A stretch of 16,702 nucleotides of DNA from Tubiluchus corallicola (lineage: Eukaryota; Animalia; Priapulida). Where the stretch lies: the NCBI GenBank assembly GCA_030141605.1, contig JAQGDQ010002048.1, forward strand, positions 1-16,702, in the 5' to 3' direction. Under the pieces are notes generated by a model that was not told where the DNA came from, did no database searches, and saw nothing but the letters and a program-made list of their open reading frames with translations. How positions within the stretch are numbered: the stretch's first letter is position 1; every line of letters begins with the position of its first letter. The position numbers were made by a program, and so were the translations under genes. Of this stretch, positions 10,394 through 16,702 are shown in pieces.

Positions 10394-11253
10394 AATAATA
10401 CATACAATGAAATTTATGTAGTTTACGTACTACAATAACTTATGGAAACAACAAGGAGATTAACACAAATAATTCAATCAGTTGTACAGTGACATAGAGA
10501 ATTAATATTGGAGATTTACTAAAATTTACTGTTGACGGTGCGAATTGCAACGGGATAGAAAGAATTTTAAATTCTTGTGGTTTTAGCGTTAATTGAGCGG
10601 AATCTACGACTAGAGGGGAGCAGCATTTCAAAATATTTACTACCTGGACGGAATTCATCTTTCATGTTAACTTGCACTCTCTTTGCGATTCTAATTTCAT
10701 ACAAAAATACGACCAGAATTATGACTATTTCCAGAACATTGTGATAAAAGAAAATTATGCAAACTTACACAGATACACCTGTTTTTCCAGACACAATAAA
10801 ACCTATTCCATTTGTGCTAAAGGACGCAATGTACAAGAACCGATAATGTCCCTCATCATTAGAACTTTCTTTTACATTAACACAGTCATCTCAAGCGCAG
10901 CCTCATTAAAAGACAATGCGCAGCGCTTCTAAGACATCCCTCCCTGCTCGCGTCTTCTCTTTTACAATAGGACGCCGGAAATCTTAAAACGCCAATAAAT
11001 AGGAAAAGTTGTTGAAAAGCGGGAGCAAAATTGGCCTGTTGTAAAATTGAAGTGCTGAGGGTATTGTGTCGTCGACAAGGCGACGGTATCAGATAACATC
11101 TTCTCAGCTGTGAAGTGTATACTTACTATTGATGTAATTGCAGTGTGGTTTAACACTGATCCTAGGGGGTTTGTATAAGCAGAGGTTGATACACACGTCT
11201 GACTAATCAGACATATTGTACTGATGATTTGTGGAGACCTTGCCTGTGCAAAA

Positions 11254-11704
11254 CGTATGCTGCAAATAGTTCAAATGTAGTACAGTGCGGTACAGTACAG
11301 TACAGTGCGGTACAGTACAGTACAGTACAGTACAGTACAGTATAGTACGTATCCTGCAAATAGTTCAAATGTAGTACAATATGGTACAGTACAGTACAGT
11401 ACGTATCCTGCAAATAGTTCAAATGTAGTACAGTATGGTACAGTACAGTACAGTACGTATGCTGCAAATAGTTCAATTGTAGTACAGTATGGTACAGTTA
11501 CAGTACAGTACGTATGGTGCAAATAGTTCAAATGCAGTACAGTATGATACAGTTACAGTACAGTACAGTATGGTACAGTATAGTACGTATGGTGCAAATA
11601 GTTCAAATGCAGTACAGTATGGTACAGTTACAGTACAGTATAGTACAGTATGGTACAGTACAGTACGTGCGGTGCAAATAGTTCAAATGCAGTACAGTAC
11701 AGTA
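11254..11704. repeat. Minisatellite of 7 conserved cores separated by variable (CAGTA)n tracts
   Basis: TGCAAATAGTTCAA at 11261, 11355, 11409, 11463, 11518, 11593 and 11673 (periods 94, 54, 54, 55, 75, 80). Confidence 0.95.
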
Positions 11705-11956
11705 TAAGCATGTCGCGAACTTCGTCTCATATTTACTTCGCGTTTGATTAACTTGACGTGTGAATATTACATTGTTTGTCTTCTTGCTCATCTCTTTTTC
11801 ATAATTTTTTTTCTCATTCCCTCCTCTTTTTAGGCTTGTTATAACATTGAAATAGCTTAAATTTCCCTCTAATCTTACTGTACATATTTGCTTCTGAATG
11901 ACCTTTTACATTAATAGTGTTCTAGTTTTCTGTATTTAAGCTGTGTAAGACAGGTA

Positions 11957-12185
11957 CCGTAAAACGGGGTGAGTTCGCCACTTTTTAGGGGTATTTTTTA
12001 CGTTTCCTGCCATAGCAAGAGAATTACCCAACCGATTTTCTTAGTTCAAGCTTTATATTGCCTTTCGAATGAAACACTATCGTGGGGTGAATTCGCCACT
12101 AACAATTTAACACTGTTTAATGCCATTCTAGGCAGCTGAAGTTAACTGGTTGTGATTGGCTGGTTGGGGGTGAGTTCGCCACCCT
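11957..12185 (+). mobile_element. Left end of a pogo/Tc1-mariner-like non-autonomous DNA transposon with subterminal repeats
   Basis: TA|CCGTAAAACGGGGTGA terminus; GGGGTGARTTCGCCAC at 11966, 12084 and 12167. No matching right TIR found, so the right boundary is unknown. Confidence 0.5.
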
Positions 12186-13506
12186 ATGAAAAAATTATGA
12201 AAAATGTCTAGTTTTAGCCGAATTATTGAAAATGTTCGATGGTGGGACGTTTTCAATAAGGGGCCCTACGTTGGCAAGGAAGGCTTGAACGTCTTGTGCA
12301 CTGATCTTCGCGGGAATTTAAATTTATATGTTTTATAGAGCGTTACTGCCGACGCAAGTTTAATATGCAAAAAGGCAGTGTGTAAGTGGTGGAAAATTTC
12401 AAGACGAATTTGTTAAGCTTTATTGTAAGTTGAGGGGTTTCTTGAGCTGTAAAGGAAAACCGGACGATTGATTAGACTCAATGTCATTTTACTTTTCTGT
12501 TCAAAACATACATTTTCTTGCCTATAAAAGTTAGCAATTGTTTCTAATATTTAAATAATTACCTTCGAAAGTTAATTAAGGCAGCCGAACACAGCTATCG
12601 CCTACGTCACAAACTAACCACCGCTTGTGCCATGCTAGACATCTTTCCTGCATGTCAAGCACGTTTGCGTAAGCAAAGATTGTTATAAGACGCCAACGTG
12701 CTGCCACGAAAAATAGCTCTACATCACACTGATGTCACAAACGAACACTGCAATTCACGATGATGCTTAGCACGGTACTGCGCCTATTTGTGGGCCTTTA
12801 CTGACAATCCAATCGTATATAATAGAGATAATATCAATACGATTATTGCAATACTTTCACTGACAATACAATTACATATAATAAAGACAATACGAATACA
12901 ATTAAGACAATGCAATCTATTGTTTTCATTTTCATTGTTTGATGACAATATTAAGCATAAAATAACTATTTTTGGACAAGACACGTGCAATTTCAATTTT
13001 GAAATATGGATGCAGACAAACAAAACAATTACTAATAAAACAAATATTATTCAATCTTCCTGTTAGTTATTTTAGTTATTTAAATGAAAAATTTAATGAT
13101 TAATATTAATTATTAATATCTAAAATAAATTGTCATTCATTAGGCCTCATTTTCAATGATATGACCCCATTACATAGTATATTGTTCATCATGTCTTAAA
13201 AAACTTTTTCCACATAATCAATAAATTACTTCTAAATCATTATTTCCGATCAAGAATAAAAATTTATCAGCATCTCTCATAAGGAAAGATTCTGGTTTAA
13301 TTACATTGATGTGATTATATAATTTTCCTCTAAGATCATTGTAATATGGGTATTTTATAACAAGGAGTAATTACGGCACTTTTATTGGTTAGTGCAAAAT
13401 AGTATGAGCGTAGTATATACATGTACTAAGAGTAAAACTATAAGAAACTATTATTAGAGTTACACAGATTTAGTAGCTGTGGGTTTCATTGCATAATTAA
13501 CCTTAA

Positions 13507-14126
13507 AGCAAAACTGAACACAGTCTTAAACTGCAGGTCAAAACAATCTACTTCTGAAAATATTGAAAGGAAACATACTGTTTTTCTTCAAAAGCGATTT
13601 ACGTGAAAGAATTATTACCACACAGACGCAATTTCACATTCGCGCCACTAGTTCTTCGCTGTTACATGCATCACCATTCGTTAGTTAGACGGACACTAGC
13701 ACCTGCATTTTGAAAGCGCATTGCACCCAAAAAACAGGTGCTGCACCTCCCAATTCAGATGTGTTAGTTTGTGACGACATACACATGTTCGGCAGATCAT
13801 GCATGAGCACTGCAGTAAATTTGAAATTGGAATTTTCATCTTCAAACTTGCCTAGTTTTAGTACAACACACTGAATATCTTACAGTAGCACTGTACTTCA
13901 ATTTTCGTTTTCGGAAACACGTGCAAGACGCTCATGGAACATTTTTGCTGTTGAAAATTATGTTAGTTTGTGATGTCATCAACAGTTGGGTTTCTCCGCC
14001 GCTAATTAAGATTTTAATTTATTATTTAATCATCAGAAACGCTTTTGCAGCATTAAACGTGCTAAAATGCATACGTTTATCGGACTTGAAAATGATATAG
14101 TATATGAAAAATCACCCTGTCTTCCC
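13507..14126 (+). mobile_element. Non-autonomous Kolobok-like DNA transposon (copy C, 620 bp)
   Basis: TTAA at 13503-13506 and 14127-14130; termini AG...CC; similarity to copy B stops at the TTAA sites. Confidence 0.78.
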
Positions 14127-14609
14127 TTAAAGGAAGGAATATCGTAGATGGCAGCACCTGTTGTCTTCACAGAATGGCTCTTTTACCATCCAACGAATCG
14201 GCTGAGTTCGAATTTCGTTACTGCGTTCATGTGATTTCCAAAAGAGCTAATTTACGTTAATTAAGCCAGTAAAATTAAATAGTTTGAGCTACTGTTACCA
14301 GGCTAAAAAGTTTGTTGAATAACTTCGTACGTGCAAAGAACGTTTAGAGGTTACGAAATCAGCAAACACAAATAATTAAACAACTTGGCGACAGGATCTT
14401 AGAGTACCGCGCTACTTTGTTCAACGTTGTTTATTGTTGTTGAGTAAACAGTCCTTCGCCGGCGTATTGATATTTTTGTTTTACGGAATATTTGCTTAAA
14501 TTCTAATGTTCATTATTGACTAGTGTCACTTGAAGTGGCTTAGGCGATCCGGTTGGACGTTGAGGGTTCATGTGAGATCCGTGGGAGTTTGAGAGGAGTC
14601 TGCAGATAG

Positions 14610-15146
<537 letters not shown>

Positions 15147-15278
15147 ATTTTTAAGAAGACAATCAATGCGAACAAAATGGTCAAATTGTAAAATAAAAAA
15201 ATTCATCAATGTTTTCTCAAAAGATCAAACAGTACAGAATTATAACGCTAGCATTTTTTTTACAAATACAAAAATCAA

Positions 15279-15378
15279 AGCAAACGCGTGAATGTCCATC
15301 ATTAGCAAACGCGTGAATGTCCACCATTAGCAAACGCGTGAATGTCCACCATTAGCAAACGCGTGAATGTCCCCCATT
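15279..15378. repeat. 25-bp minisatellite, 4 copies
   Basis: AGCAAACGCGTGAATGTCCACCATT at 15279, 15304, 15329 and 15354. Confidence 0.96.
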
Positions 15379-15943
15379 AATGAATATCAGCATCAGTTAT
15401 TTTCAAACATTTACGCTGTTTCTTAGCTAAAATGTAATTCATAATTTCAAAGAGCGGTTATTCATTGTACATAACTTACAGTACTATGCGCGAGAAAACA
15501 GTGTTACAGTTGTATCTAAAAACTCTCAAACAAAGAACATACCTCGACATATACTTTCTACATTTCTCACACAAGGGGGAGCAATTATGATCTCTAATAG
15601 GTCTAACATGATTGGCCGCCGAGATCCGTGGGGCACCAGTCGTGTAGGGAGGGTTTGAATGAAGTATTGTTACATATTTCATAAGCCAACAGTTTCGCTT
15701 CTGTGATGGCCTTTCACGCTTTGACTACATCGACTTAGACGTACAAGTATTAACCATTATTAACTACGTATCAATTGAGGTCTCTCTCAGTGGGCGCTGA
15801 ACGTAGGAATTATTCTCTCCCGTGTTAATCTCTTGTATTCGATTTAGTGATGACCGAAAAAACACGAAAAGAGAGGGGTTTTTGATAAGCACCGCTTTAT
15901 AAAAGCAGGCACAGCCCCATGCAAAGATTATTTTGATTCAAAT

Positions 15944-16453
15944 AATTTATGTGGGTGATATACATTGTATATACTGTAGCCAAATTTCCACACCAGTTTA
16001 GGTAAACGTAAAAAGAAATTTTGTGAATAATTTCCTAAAATATGTAGGTAATATACATTACATATACTGTAGCCAAGTTTCGACACCAGTTTAGATAAAC
16101 GTAAAAAGAAATTTTGTGAATAATTTCCTAAAATATGTAGGTAATATACATTACATATACTGTAGCCAAGTTTCGACACCAGTTTAGATAAACGTAAAAA
16201 GAAATTTTGTGAATAATTTCCTAAAATATGTAGGTAATATACATTACATATACTGTAGCCAAATTTCGACACCAGTTTAGATAAACGTAAAAAGAAATTT
16301 TGTGAATAATTTCCTAAAATATGTAGGTGATATACATTACATATACTGTAGCCAAATTTCCACACCAGTTTAGGTAAACGTAAAAAGAAATTTTGTGAAT
16401 AATTTCCTAAAATATGTAGGTAATATACATTACATATACTGTAGCCAAATTTC
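15944..16453. repeat. 93-bp minisatellite, ~5.5 copies
   Basis: TACTGTAGCCAA at 15972, 16065, 16158, 16251, 16344 and 16437; explains ORF 15928-16365. Confidence 0.97.
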
Positions 16454-16458
16454 TTAAA

Positions 16459-16694
<236 letters not shown>

Positions 16695-16702
16695 CTTCGC
16701 CA

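Noticed and set aside
10128-10407. LLTY/LLAC membrane-like ORFs
   Set aside because: Translations of (CTTA)n/(CTTG)n.
10441-10932. Stop-poor plus-strand frame, and a minus-strand YRFLY...NGIGFIVS segment resembling a LINE endonuclease motif
   Set aside because: Several stops in each frame and no second supporting motif; cannot be assigned without a profile search.
11254-11704. CRISPR array
   Set aside because: Spacers are CAGTA pentamer repeats rather than unique sequences, their lengths vary widely, there are no cas genes, and the context is eukaryotic.
11966-12182. CRISPR-like 16-bp repeats with unique spacers
   Set aside because: Only three short repeats with irregular 102- and 67-bp gaps; better explained as transposon subterminal repeats.
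14143-14157. CTCF-like TAGATGGCAGCA motif
   Set aside because: Only the 3' half of the consensus matches; a single motif with no other support.
15928-16365. 145-aa protein with 31-aa repeats (LRR-like look)
   Set aside because: Product of a near-identical 93-bp minisatellite; GTG start, no LRR consensus, and no unique flanking coding sequence.

Overview
This is eukaryotic, AT-rich, repeat-dense DNA, most likely intronic or intergenic; the transposon mix suggests a marine invertebrate, but that is inference. I see no intact protein-coding gene, RNA gene, CRISPR array or prokaryotic system, and almost all listed ORFs are translations of microsatellites or minisatellites. Supported content: (1) a 3' fragment of a non-LTR retrotransposon ORF2 with a CCHC-type motif, inside which a 67-bp minisatellite has expanded; (2) three 3' ends of CR1/L2 (Crack-like) LINEs, two of them related, head-to-tail, and joined by a ~490-bp (TAC)n tail; (3) a ~615-bp TTAA-flanked Kolobok-like non-autonomous element in three copies (two full direct, one partial inverted); (4) one end of a pogo/Tc1-mariner-like element with three 16-bp subterminal repeats; (5) minisatellites with units of 72, 93, 25, ~99 and 54-94 bp, plus many microsatellites. 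Low-confidence extras are a phase-compatible chain of micro-exons encoding a signal-peptide-like N-terminus and an RFX X-box-containing promoter-like patch.
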